Notes under the pieces: generated by a model
Seen by the model: the letters and a program-made list of their open reading frames with translations, nothing else
Databases searched by the model: none
What the model was told of the DNA's origin: nothing
Program-made: the position numbers and the translations under genes
Assembly: GCF_006345805.1 (NCBI RefSeq)
Contig: NC_042998.1
Coordinates: 106,206,001 to 106,270,000, forward strand
Direction: 5' to 3'
Source: Octopus sinensis
Lineage: Eukaryota
Length of the DNA stretch: 64,000 bases
In this document: in pieces, positions 1 through 11,131 of the stretch
How the letters are laid out: each line of letters begins with the position of its first letter
How positions within the stretch are numbered: the first letter of the stretch is position 1

Positions 1-675
1 TTCACCCTTTTTGGATAGACTTGTGACTGGTGACGAAAAATGGATCTTCTATTGAAATGTTAAACGTCATAAACAGTGGCTTGGTAAAAGGGAAAAAGCT
101 CAACCACAACCAAGAAGGGAACTTCATGGGAAAAAGGTTTTTCTCTCTATTTGGTGGGATTGCAAAGGAGTAATTCACTTTGAATTGTTACCACCTAATG
201 CAAAAATCAATGCTCAAGTCTACTGTCAGCAATTAGAGCATTTGAACCAAGCTTTGAAGAAAAAAAGACCCACTTTAGTGAATCGAAAAGGAGTGATGTT
301 TCATCAGGACAATGCACGACCCTACACTGCAAAGATCACATCACAGAAGATCGAAGAGCTTGGCTGGGAAAATATTCCTCATCCACCGTATTCTCCTGAC
401 CTTGCTCCTTCAGACTACCATTTGTTTCATAGTTTAGAGAATCATTTGGGGGACATAACTTTTGCAAGCCAGAAGGAAGTCGAAACTGACATTTCAGAGT
501 TCTTCACTTTGAAACAAAAACTGTTTTACATTGATGGGATTAAAAAGCTTGTAAATAGATGGAAGGAAGTCATAGATAATCGGAGAAAGTACATTGATGA
601 TTAAATTTCAATTAAATATAACATTTGATCACTTGTTTTCTTTATTCAAAATTCGGACAGAACTTATGGGATGAC

Positions 676-681
<6 letters not shown>
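1..681 (+). mobile_element. Mariner (DD34D) DNA transposon, 3' part, defective
   Basis: One frame from ~11 to 604 reads ..LVTGDEKWIFY*NVKR..WWD..HQDNARP..PYSPDLAPSDYHLF; D2-D3 spacing is 34 residues; in-frame TGA at 53-55; TIR-like end (..aacttatgggatgacctgata) followed by (TA)n. The 5' part lies outside the window. Confidence 0.92.
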
Positions 682-707
<26 letters not shown>

Positions 708-709
<2 letters not shown>

Positions 710-1437
710 CAGGTTGTGATGGGTAAATTGTCACCATTTTATATTTTTAATTTCAAATATGTGCATTTCAAATATGTTCTTGATTTTGTCGACTACACAG
801 TATAGGAGGATCAGTTGGACATTGTCTATAAGAAAAACACCACCATGATTTAATTCACTCTGCCAGAGATTTGGAAACAACATGCTGTACTGCTTGGCAT
901 TCATACAGGTAGCTCCAATACAATCATTTCAGAGTGTCTTGGTGTCAATCTGGGGACATGTACTGAGAGTGATAAAAATTAAACATCCAGTCAACATCAT
1001 GGTGTTTGGAATGATCACTAGTGATGGTGACGTTATGCCTCCATTAATCTTCCTTCACAGCCCCGGACTCAATATGGAGGCCTATATCAAGTGCCTGGAG
1101 GAAGTAGTGCTGCCCTGGGTCAAGAGGGTGGCTGCTGGAGGACCCTATGTGTGGCTCTGTACCATGCCACACATGCAGGAGAACCCAGTCATGGCTGTCA
1201 GACAATTTCTGCAACCACATCACCCCTAACATCTGGCCTGCTAACTCTCCAAACTGCAACTCCCTTGATTATTATGTGCAAGGCGCAGTTGAGCAAGGGA
1301 CCAACAAAATCCCTTGTAACACCAAAGATGGAGGCCATGGTTGAAGCCAATGGTGACTTTATTGAATAAATTTACTCGTAGTTTTGGTATATTTTCATTT
1401 TTGTGTAATTTAGGCGACAGTTTATTCACTGCACCCT
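708..1437 (+). mobile_element. Internally deleted Tc1/mariner DD37D (maT-type) element, copy 1
   Basis: Peptides NIMVFGMITSDGDVMPP..YIKCLEEVVLPWVKRVAAGGPYVW and, after a frameshift, SVPCHT..WPANSPNCNSLDYY; 37 residues separate the inferred deleted D of QQD from the final D. Degenerate TIRs aggttgtgatgggtaaattgtcacc / ggcgacagtttattcactgcaccct. Confidence 0.8.
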
Positions 1438-1560
1438 TCGTGTGTGTGTGTGTGTATGTGTGTGTGTGTGTGTGAGCATGTGTGTGTGTATGTATATAGA
1501 ATGCAATTAATATCAGGTCCAATGATTTTTATCCCATTATGTATATATATATATATGTAT

Positions 1561-1591
<31 letters not shown>

Positions 1592-1592
1592 T

Positions 1593-2321
1593 TACAGGTT
1601 GTGATGGGTAAATTGTCACCATTTTATATTTTTAATTTCAAATATGTGCATTTCAAATATGTTCTTGATTTTGTCGACTACACAGTATAGGAGGATCAGT
1701 TGGACATTGTCTATAAGAAAAACACCACCATGATTTAATTCACTCTGCCAGAGATTTGGAAACAACATGCTGTACTGCTTGGCATTCATACAGGTAGCTC
1801 CAATACAATCATTTCAGAGTGTCTGGGTGTCAATCTGGGGACATGTACTGAGAGTGATAAAAATTAAACATCCAGTCAACATCATGGTGTTTGGAATGAT
1901 CACTAGTGATGGTGACGTTATGCCTCCATTAATCTTCCTTCACAGCCCCGGACTCAATATGGAGGCCTATATCAAGTGCCTGGAGGAAGTAGTGCTGCCC
2001 TGGGTCAAGAGGGTGGCTGCTGGAGGACCCTATGTGTGGCTCTGTACCATGCCACACATGCAGGAGAACCAGTCATGGCTGTCAGACAATTTCTGCAACC
2101 ACATCACCCCTAACATCTGGCCTGCTAACTCTCCAAACTGCAACTCCCTTGATTATTATGTGCAAGGCGCAGTTGAGCAAGGGACCAACAAAATCCCTTG
2201 TAACACCAAAGATGGAGGCCATGGTTGAAGCCAATGGTGACTTTATTGAATAAATTTACTCGTAGTTTTGGTATATTTTCATTTTTGTGTAATTTAGGCG
2301 ACAGTTTATTCACTGCACCCT
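1593..2321 (+). mobile_element. Internally deleted DD37D element, copy 2 (tandem duplicate)
   Basis: Near-identical to 708-1437. I saw one substitution (cttgg/ctggg) and one 1-nt indel (aacccag/aaccag). Confidence 0.8.
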
Positions 2322-2419
2322 TCGTGTGTGTGTGTGTGTATGTGTGTGTGTGTGTGAGCATGTGTGTGTGTATGTATATAGAATGCAATTAATATCAGGT
2401 CCAATGATTTTTATCCCAT

Positions 2420-2470
<51 letters not shown>

Positions 2471-3514
2471 GTTTATATATACAAGCATATATTTATTTAC
2501 ATATATATATATATATATATGTACATACATACATACATATACAGTATGTGGTGGTGGCAGTTAATTTAATTAGCTATAAAAATATATATGATATGCACAT
2601 TCCATTGCCTTCATCGGCAGATACAATAGAACTGAATAAGAAAAGTACTGGTTTCATAATAACCTGACCATCGCTAGAAACTGACACCAAGGCATGTTGC
2701 AAACTGTCAAAATATTGTGAATTCACTTAAGATTTCTTTGGGTGTAAATCTTTAGAGCATAATGCTCAAGAATCCGGATTTAAGTTTGGAAAATAGGATT
2801 AATGTAATTTTTAAAATAATTTTTTTTTGATAAATATGTCAACTATATTTTATATATATATATTTATGTTTATTGTAGTGTTTGTGAGAATTTGTGTATG
2901 AGAATGGTATGTATATATATCTTATATAAACATTCATGTATGTGTGTGTGTGTGTACGCATATACATGTAGCATAATCATCATTATCATCATCATCTTTG
3001 TTATTTTTATATCTGTTTTCTGGCTTTCTGTGCTGATATAGGCTTTGACAGGATCTAGTAGCATCTTGTTCTAATGTATGTTTTAGCATAGTTTCTATGA
3101 CTGGATGCCCTTCATATTGTCAATCATCTCACAGAGGGTACTCAGTGCTTTTTTGTGACCCCAGAATTATGTGTTGCAAGTATATAATTGTACTCTTATT
3201 TAATTACAGTAACAGAATAGTGCTGTAGATAAAAGGGTGATGGAATGGAAAGATGAATGATAAAGAGACGATGTGATAAGAAAGGCTTGAAAGGGACAAA
3301 CTGGACAAAAGTCCCAATTATATGTATAATATTATACTTCTAGAAAGTCCAGGATAGAGTAACTATAGATTTCTCAATAGTTCAGCACAGGTATTCTCTT
3401 TTTCCCTGATCTTCACCTTTATCTTAACATCTGGCTTGGCAGCTAGTTTCCACAACTGTACACAGCATTTCTTCTCTATCCCAAATCATTATATCAGGTC
3501 TATTGTGTTTACAT

Positions 3515-3690
3515 TTAATTGAGCTTTTCACTGGGACATTCTACTGGTACTCCATTCTATTGTGAGTGGCTATGGCTTCCACCATACTGTGGGTTGTTGT
3601 TTCCTTGGGGTTATCTCTCCAACGGATTTCATTATAGAGTGTCCTAGCTATGACGTCATGTCTCATTGGCAGATAATACTGTGATGACAT
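3515..3690 (-). mobile_element. Fragment of an RLE-type (R4/Dong-like) non-LTR retrotransposon C-terminus
   Basis: SSQYYLPMRHDVIARTLYNEIR..EAIATHNRMEYQ* resembles the segment after the CCHC knuckle (RHD motif) of R4-like LINEs; approx ends. Confidence 0.6.
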
Positions 3691-3705
3691 TTTTGGATAT
3701 GTGTG

Positions 3706-3786
3706 TATGTATGTATGTATGTATGTATGCATGTATGCATGTATGTATGTATGTATGTATGTATGTATGTATGTATGTATGTATGT
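3706..3786. repeat. (TATG)n microsatellite
   Basis: About 20 near-perfect units, seen directly. Confidence 0.95.
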
Positions 3787-4229
3787 CATTTTTCAGTTTT
3801 ATTTCAAACTGTCTTGCCAATAGAGAAACAGCCAGTTTCTAACCTAGATCCAAGACTGTGTTTTCTTATTTCTTATGTATGTACGTATGTATGTATACAT
3901 GCATGAATGTATCATTTAAAATCCATCTTCTTTGCTCAAGTATTTACTTTGGTAAGGCTTCTGTTGCTGGACGCCCTTCCTAACACCAACCTCTTTAAAG
4001 AGTGCTGTAGGTTACAGAGTGTCTGGATGACACTAGTGAGGTTGTTGAGTAACTTCCAAGATGTAAACAGAGGCCCTCTTGATTGAGTGGAAGTGTAGTA
4101 TAAAGTGGCTTTACACTAGATGTTGACGCTAAGGAATGATAGAGAGTGACAGAAATAGGGGTCATGCTGTAGAGGGCATACATAAGCTACACAGCATTAT
4201 ATAGGAGTGGGCAGGGGTAGCTGAAAAGA

Positions 4230-4800
4230 AGGTTGAAATGGTAGGAAAGTAGACAAGAGACAGGCAGATAGACAAACAGGCACATAGGTAGATAGGTAGA
4301 TAAACAGGTAGACAGACAGGTAGGCAAACAGACAGACAGGCAGACAGAGAAGCAAATAGACAGACACAGGTACATCAACAAAGAGACAGGCAGACAGGCC
4401 AACAGACAGATAGATCAACAGATAGACAGGCAGACAGACAAACAGACAGATAGGCAGACAGATAGACAATCAGACAGACAGGTAGATCAACAAAGAGACA
4501 GATACAGGCAGACAGGCCAACAGACAGACAGATAGATCAACAGACAGACAGGCAGACAAACAAACAGACAGATAGGCAGACAGACAGATAAGCAGATAGA
4601 CAATCAGACAGACAGGTAGATCAACAAAGAGACAGAGACAGGCAGACAGGCCAACAGACAGGCAGTCAGATAGATTGTCTGGATAGATAAACAGACAACA
4701 GGCAGATAGATGGCTGGACAGACAGACAGATAGATAGATACATACATAGATAGATACATAGATAGATACATAGATATGCAAGTGTGTGCATAAATAGATA
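4230..4800. repeat. Compound (GACA)n/(GATA)n satellite with higher-order repeat
   Basis: The block atcaacaaagagacag..gcagacaggccaacagacag recurs at ~4375, ~4487 and ~4620. Confidence 0.9.
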
Positions 4801-5429
4801 GGTTGGCAAGCAGAACAGATATATGTGCATATTCAGTTAGACAATTAAATAAGTTATTCTCAGCTATCTTTTTATAAGATTGCTATTGTATTAATAAAGC
4901 TACATGCAGACATGTCTATATGCACTTGGTTTTGAAAATAGTACAACTAAGAACATTAGATCAATGTGAAATATTTACTTGCAGAAGTGTCAATTGAGTA
5001 ACTTTAGTATTACTGCTGCAACACTTTCACCAGAATTATAGCAAACTGCGCACTTGCTGTGACTGCAAATATTCTGCAATTCTGCAATAGCAATAGAAAA
5101 GGAATCAGCCTGTATTTATATGCAGTCACTTTAATAAAATATATATATATAGGTATATATATATATATATTTAGGTAAATATGCATGTGTATTTGTATGT
5201 GGAGCTATATATATATATATATGCATATATGTATGTGTGTGCATGTGTCTTTCTCTCTCTGTATACGTATAAATATAAATATGAGTGTGTGTGTGTGTGT
5301 TATACAAAACAGTTTGATTTGGTTCCATGTAAAACAAATCAAATTGGTTTGAATAATACATGTAACTCCTGCAAAATGTGTTGAGTGCCCTTTACTTTCA
5401 CTTGTCCACTCATTCCTATATGTATGTGT

Positions 5430-5583
5430 GTGTGTGTGTGGTGTGTGTGTGTGTGTGTGCATGTGTGTGTGTGTGTGTGTGCATGTGTGTGTGTGTGTGT
5501 ATATATATATATGTGCATATATATGTATGTAAATGTATATATGTTGTGTGTGTGCATATGAATATATTTCTAATGAATATATG

Positions 5584-5639
<56 letters not shown>

Positions 5640-5741
5640 CATGTGTGTGTGTGTGTGTATATATATATATGTGCATATATATGTATGTAAATGTATATAT
5701 GTTGTGTGTGTGCATATGAATATATTTCTAATGAATATATG

Positions 5742-5789
<48 letters not shown>

Positions 5790-5800
5790 CACATGTATAT
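5430..5800. repeat. Microsatellite-flanked tandem duplication, period ~158 bp
   Basis: gtgcatatatatgtatgtaaatg..gaatatatttctaatgaatatatgctc occurs at ~5513 and ~5671. Confidence 0.88.
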
Positions 5801-6106
5801 ATGTATGAATATATATGTATGTATGTGTGTATGTATGATGACATTAAATAAATATAACAAAGGAACAAGAAATTATGCAATTAACTTCATTAGCTTATAG
5901 CTGTTTCTGCAAAATGAGGCACTGCATTCAGAGCCAAGTACTTGTGCATCACGTGATTGTTTGCTTGGAGCTTCAAAACAAAGTGCGCATTTATATATAT
6001 ATATATATTTATAGAGAGAGAGAGAGAGAGAGGTAGGTAGGTAGATAGACAGATAGATAGATATAGATATATAGATATATATACATACATATTTACATAC
6101 ATACGA

Positions 6107-6146
<40 letters not shown>

Positions 6147-6199
6147 TCATCATCATCCTTTTACATCCGTTTTCGATGCTGGCATAGGTCGGAGGTGCA

Positions 6200-6460
6200 A
6201 CTCTTACCAGCTTTACAGCAAATCCAACCTATGAACATAACACATAATGTAATCCCCTGCCCTTTTGTTTCACCATCTTTTTCACAGCAACCACGAACTT
6301 GATGTGTCAAATCACCTCTGACAATAGAGAACAGTCACCATATTCCCTTCCTTGTTGGCCATCTCTGATGAGTGTAAGGATTGTTACATAACACTCCATT
6401 GTATACCTAGCACAAAACTGATTGGTAAGATCAGCTGTGATGGATAAACAGAGTCACCCA
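6200..6460 (+). mobile_element. Dispersed repeat (Penelope-like terminus?) carrying a hammerhead relic
   Basis: Aligns by eye with 27790-27820 + 28142-28260 (acctctg..caccatattc..gttggc..ctctgatgag..ttggtaaga.cagctgt). Confidence 0.55.
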
Positions 6461-6723
6461 AAAGTAGGTTTATAGTTATCACATAGGCACTTTAAATTTC
6501 TTTTAAAACATTTTATTACATTTAAATTTCTATCTTAGAAACTGAAAAGGAAGCTTGACACAATTAATTAAATTAACATAGAATAATGGTTTCATAAATT
6601 TTTATAATTAAAATCTAAATGTTAATATATGAATGTGAAAGAGATAGTTGAATAACTGTAAACCTATTCTGGGCTACCCAGTATAATACTGTACATTTAG
6701 GATAATACATATATGTATATATA

Positions 6724-7405
6724 TCATCATCATCATCGTTTAACGTCCATTTTCTGTGCTAGAACAAGTTGGACAGTTCGACTGGGGTCTGGGAAGCTAG
6801 GAGGCTGCACCAGGCTCCAGTCTGATCTAGCAGCGTTTCTACAGCTGGATACCCTTCTTAACACCAACCACTCCGTGAGTATAGTGGGTGTTTTTTATGT
6901 GTCACCGGCACAGGTGCCAGGGGAGGGTAGCAGTGGCCACGATTGGTTGGTGCTTTTAACATGCCACCAGCACAGAAGCCAGTCAAGGCAGCGCTGGCAT
7001 CAGCCACGTTCGGATGGTGCTTTTTATGTTCCACTGGTACAGGTATCACAACTACAATTTCCATTTGATATTTATTTTGATGTCAATGTACTTGACTCAA
7101 TAGGTCTCCTCAAGCACAGGTGACCCAAGGCAAGCACAGCAGGTCGTTTTGCAATCCAAGGTACTTTGGATGGGCTGGGGCAATACGAATCTGATGCAGG
7201 AAACAGCCATGAACTTACATTATTTGTCGGGTCTTTGCAGTCACAGCATACCTCCAGAGATTTTGGTCTTTCGTTATTGCCTCTGTGAGGCCCAACGTTT
7301 GAAGGTCGTGCTTGACCACCACGTCCCATGTCTTCCTGGGTCTACCTCTCCCCCAGATAACTTCAACTGTTTGGGAGTGGCACTTCTTCACACATCTCTC
7401 CTCAT
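6724..7405 (-). mobile_element. 5'-truncated RTE LINE 3' end / RTE-derived SINE with (GAT)n tail
   Basis: The minus strand encodes ERCVKKC..GRGRPRKTWDVVVKHDL..LWRYAV, typical of an RTE C-terminus, and ends ..gacgttaaacgatgatgatg. Related copies at approx 15127-15620(-), 26050-26240(+), 29155-29347(+), 36770-36940(+), 42527-43070(-), 47805-48040(+), 53590-53745(+), 57070-57125(+), 57296-57430(-), 62455-62703(+), 63190-63850(+). Confidence 0.85.
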
Positions 7406-7410
7406 CCATA

Positions 7411-7927
7411 TCTATATATATAAAACTGTAGTTGTGTGAGTGTCTGTCTCCTACGATTTAGATTCCTAACTCCTCCCACATTTTGCGGTGCAGTTTAACC
7501 AAATTCGGGTATCTTATAGTCGTGATTAATATCGAGCCCATCTGGCTATTAGCGCGCGTCTACGATGAGTCTATGATTTTTAAAATAATTTAACATCATT
7601 TTTTATTCCATTTTAATGCATAATTTTTCGTGTGTCGATGGTGGTGGAGTTGGCGTCCACGCTCAAACACCTGCACCTGTGTTTGCTTCTCCCCCTTCTT
7701 CCCTCCCTCGTGAAGCTGTGGGGAAGGGAGTTTAAGGAAATCAACGTCGTAATGCATTGTCAAGGAGACCAGCGTTCTTTTAGAACAACGACTTCATGGC
7801 TTGAAGACACCAAAACAGAAATGGCTAAGAAAGCCCGAATTGGCATCTATAAGGGAAATAACTCTCTAAAAATGCTTATATAGTTATTTCCCTTACAAAC
7901 CCGAGCAACGCCGGGCAATACTGCTAG
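7411..7927 (+). mobile_element. Non-autonomous Helitron, family 1 copy A
   Basis: Starts a|TCtatatatataaaa; ends with hairpin cccgagcaacgccggg (7900-7915), 8 nt, then CTAG|t; inserted between A and T, no TSD. Confidence 0.85.
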
Positions 7928-8169
7928 TATATATATATATATACATACATATATATATATATATATACATATATATACATACATATATATATATACTTAT
8001 ATATATACATACACAGATATGTGTGTGTGTGTGTGTGTGTGTGCATGTGTATAAAAAGGTTGAATTAGATTCGTCCTTTAATTTGAAGGTTTCCAAAAAA
8101 AGATTTCTAATATTGATTCTTCATATTTTGGTGGTAGTTTACAGGCATAAATTTGCAAATATGAAAATA

Positions 8170-8816
8170 ATACTTGTATATGGTGTGTTGCGAATTTATG
8201 GAAAGAAATCCCATGAAACTCAACAATTTTTTTAAAAATGGAGAAGAGAAGATGTTAAAATATATGAGAATTTTAATTCAGGCAGACGATTGTTTTGTAC
8301 AGAGATATAAAAATTATGCACATTCATAGTGGAATTGAATTAATAAAATTAATAAAATTAATTATATATCACTGTACTCTTCAGTGCAAGAAGTCCCCTC
8401 TATAGATGAGTAAGGAGATCAGAAGGAATGTCTCTGAAACCTCTTTTACTTATATTTTCAAATAACTTTAGCCTTTAGTTATAGCTAATACCTAACTAGA
8501 TTCGCATATCTTTTCTTCTCATAAGGATAAATATGAATCTCCTAGATTCTGTTCTGCTATTTCCTTTCTCAAGTCCTTTGAAAAAATTTTGTTTATGCTT
8601 CTTGCACTGAAGAATACAGTGAGATGTAATTAATTAAATTAATTTTATTAATTCAATTCAACCATGAATTTGTATAATTTTTATATCTCTGTACAAAACA
8701 ATCGTCAGCCTGAATTAAAATTCTTTTATATAGTTTAACATCTCTTCTCCATTTTTAACAAAATTGTTGAGTTTTACGGGATTTCTTTCCATAAATTCAC
8801 AAAACATCATATACAA

Positions 8817-8820
<4 letters not shown>
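8170..8820. mobile_element. Foldback / MITE-like element with ~220-bp inverted arms
   Basis: 8170-8393 is the reverse complement of 8598-8820 (e.g. gaatttatggaaagaaatccc / gggatttctttccataaattc; ttgttttgtacagagatataaaaattat / ataatttttatatctctgtacaaaacaa); ~205-nt spacer; TA at both ends. Confidence 0.85.
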
Positions 8821-8855
<35 letters not shown>

Positions 8856-9244
8856 TATGCACTCTGATGAGTGAATGCAATACCTATTAATGATTATCAA
8901 TTTTAGATTTCATTTCAAAGGGTAATACATTCATGAAACAATCATAATATATTTCAAACTTTTTAAATAATCATATTTTATATATTTATATATCTATCTA
9001 TTAATACAATATTATTTTGGACGTATACCTTCTGTGATGATTTTTTGATGTAATTTTTCCTGCCCCTTCTTTATAATATATAATCGCTCTTATTAAATAT
9101 CTAAAAACCTTTAAGGTTTTAGACATTTCCCTACCAAGAGCACTTATTTGAAATTCAGTATACTGTATTCTCATTGAATATATTTGATTAACTATATATA
9201 CATATGCATATAAAAACTGACCAGATAATATATATCATCGTAAA

Positions 9245-9420
9245 ATACCTTAGGGTGTGAGAACCCAGGTTCGAAATTTCCCCAAGACACCTGAAGAAGG
9301 CTGGAGGGTATATCAGCCAAAACGTTGTGTTAACAATAAACAAGATGAGGATAAATATCTTCGAATGTAAATAATGTAAATAATGTACATAATTCCACAT
9401 CTCTTAAATATAGAACTGTA
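9245..9420 (+). mobile_element. Penelope-like terminal repeat remnant with minimal hammerhead relic
   Basis: gacac-CTGAAGAa-ggctg..cagcc-AAAAC-GTT-gtgtt at 9286-9331, followed by tgtaaataa repeats. Confidence 0.65.
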
Positions 9421-10695
9421 AACATTTTATTGACTTGAGGGGACTGAAATGTAAAAGCTAACACTGAACATAAAGTGATATAAATAAATGCTGCATCACA
9501 GTTTGTTAAGAGAGAATCTCTACATTGTTGTTTGACCTTCTAAAAAACACCTTCCTCAAATTACATCCAATCATCTTAAAAGAATAGTGTTATTGGATTA
9601 TATGGCCCTAGGTATACATGAAAGGCAAGATGTAGTCATTCATTCAGTACCATTGACATCTTCCATTTGCATGCTTGTCACTTAATAATCCACAAGGCAT
9701 CACTCTGCAGTCAAAATAACTTACTTTCAGTAGAGTGAAATGGAGCAGCAGGAAATGGTACTTTTGTCCAAGAACACCATATGTCCCTTGGTGCAAGAAT
9801 CACACACAAACTTGCAACTGTTAACTCCAGCTGCTTGACCACCAGGTCACTGCCTGCATCCTTTTATCATAGGTTTACTCAATCAAGGCCTTGATCTGAA
9901 GGCTGACCAGGGATAAACAGCAATAACAACATGACAGAATAATCTTGCAGCCATTATAAAGAGAGTATATCTTCATATACTTTGAGAGTTTTGAAACATT
10001 TGAAGAATATGGTGATTTACATGTGAGTACAGTTTTTCACAAAGTGTAGACGTTAGGCTATTATACTAAAACAAATATTGACTTGAATAAGTTAACTATT
10101 CTGTAGTTAAAATATACAAGTTAAGATTTTATTTAATGTACTGGCCATTACTATTACATAAAGCAATCTGTCTAACAATGTTTCTGTCAATGAGTACTAG
10201 CAATTTTCAGAAGAATAGCTTTATATAATTACACTAAGTCTATTATCTTGATTTCAATCAGTTATTCTTTGCTACTATACTGCTGATAGAATCTACCAGA
10301 ATGGGTATGAAATATAAAAACAAAAAAAATCAAGTTTCTAAAAATGTCAAGTAAATGAATGGATGTGATGAAGTATATAAAACAAACATCATTTGGATCT
10401 CATTATTTACAAATTATTATGCAGTATAAAAATAATTTACTGCTATCAGATGAACTAGACTTGAAACAAGGAAAGTAAAACCACTGTAACTCAGAGGCCA
10501 TTTTGTAAGTTTAATACATGAAATTGTTTTAAAAACACACTGTCAAATGGATATAGTATTTGACTAGTGATGCACAGGGTTTGAGTTTAAATCTACTGAA
10601 AGCATTTCCTTGAGTAATTCTGCACTACACTAAATCTAAGCACAGGAAAAATAGCAGATAACTGAGAATACTATATATATATATATATATATATA

Positions 10696-11131
10696 GGCAC
10701 AGGCATGTCTGTGTGGTAAGAAGCTTGCTTTCCAACCATTGCATCGCATCTTGGGCAAGTGTCTCCTACTATAGCTCTAGGCTGACAAAAGCCATGTGAG
10801 TTGATTTGGTGAATAGAAAATGAAAGAAACCTGTTGTGTATGTGTGTGTGCCTGTGTGTGTGTGTGTGTGTGTATGTTTGTGAATGCATGCATGTGTTTG
10901 TGTGTGTATGTGTGTGTGCTTACATGCATGCATGTGTGTATGTGTGTATTTGTTCATGTATTTCTATCTATATGTTTTTGTCTATGACATTGTGTTCATC
11001 CCTCTTTATTGCTTGCCAACTGGCGTCAGTTTGCTTATGCTCTGTAACTTAGCAGTTTGGCAAAAGAGAACAACAGAACAATAAATATATGTACAGGAGT
11101 TGATTTGTTCAACTAAATCCTCCAAGGTGGT
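10696..11131 (+). mobile_element. tRNA-derived SINE (head + microsatellite + body), split by a LINE
   Basis: Head ggcacaggcatg..gtgtggtaagaagcttgct; the body stops at ..cctccaaggtggt and resumes at 13324-13360 (actgaaacaggataaaagata). Other copies at approx 16966-17120(-), 17890-18110(+), 25522-25870(+), 28310-28975(-), 30700-31190(-), 33510-34300(+), 39360-39523(+), 41765-41980(+), 47245-47790(+), 48740-48975(+), 50480-50875(-), 58067-58220(-). Confidence 0.85.

Larger units (their letters stand above)
708..2430. repeat. Direct tandem duplication, period ~885 bp
   Basis: Element + (TG)n + unique spacer aatgcaattaatatcaggtccaatgatttttatcccattatg is repeated twice, bounded by (TA)n tracts. 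Confidence 0.92.

Noticed and set aside
1-604. Domesticated SETMAR/Metnase-like gene
   Set aside because: There is an in-frame stop at 53-55, a retained TIR and no SET domain in view; this is an ordinary mariner relic.
6208-6318. Open minus-strand segment with AG/GT ends (GDLTHQVRGCCEK..)
   Set aside because: It abuts and appears to belong to the dispersed repeat shared with 27.8-28.3 kb.
8863-8930. Hammerhead at ctgatgagtgaat..attcat
   Set aside because: No GAAA/AAAAC follows the stem, and there is no stem I or III.
10449-10477. SH3-like peptide DELDLKQG
   Set aside because: It is eight residues followed by a stop, with no other SH3 motif; expected by chance.
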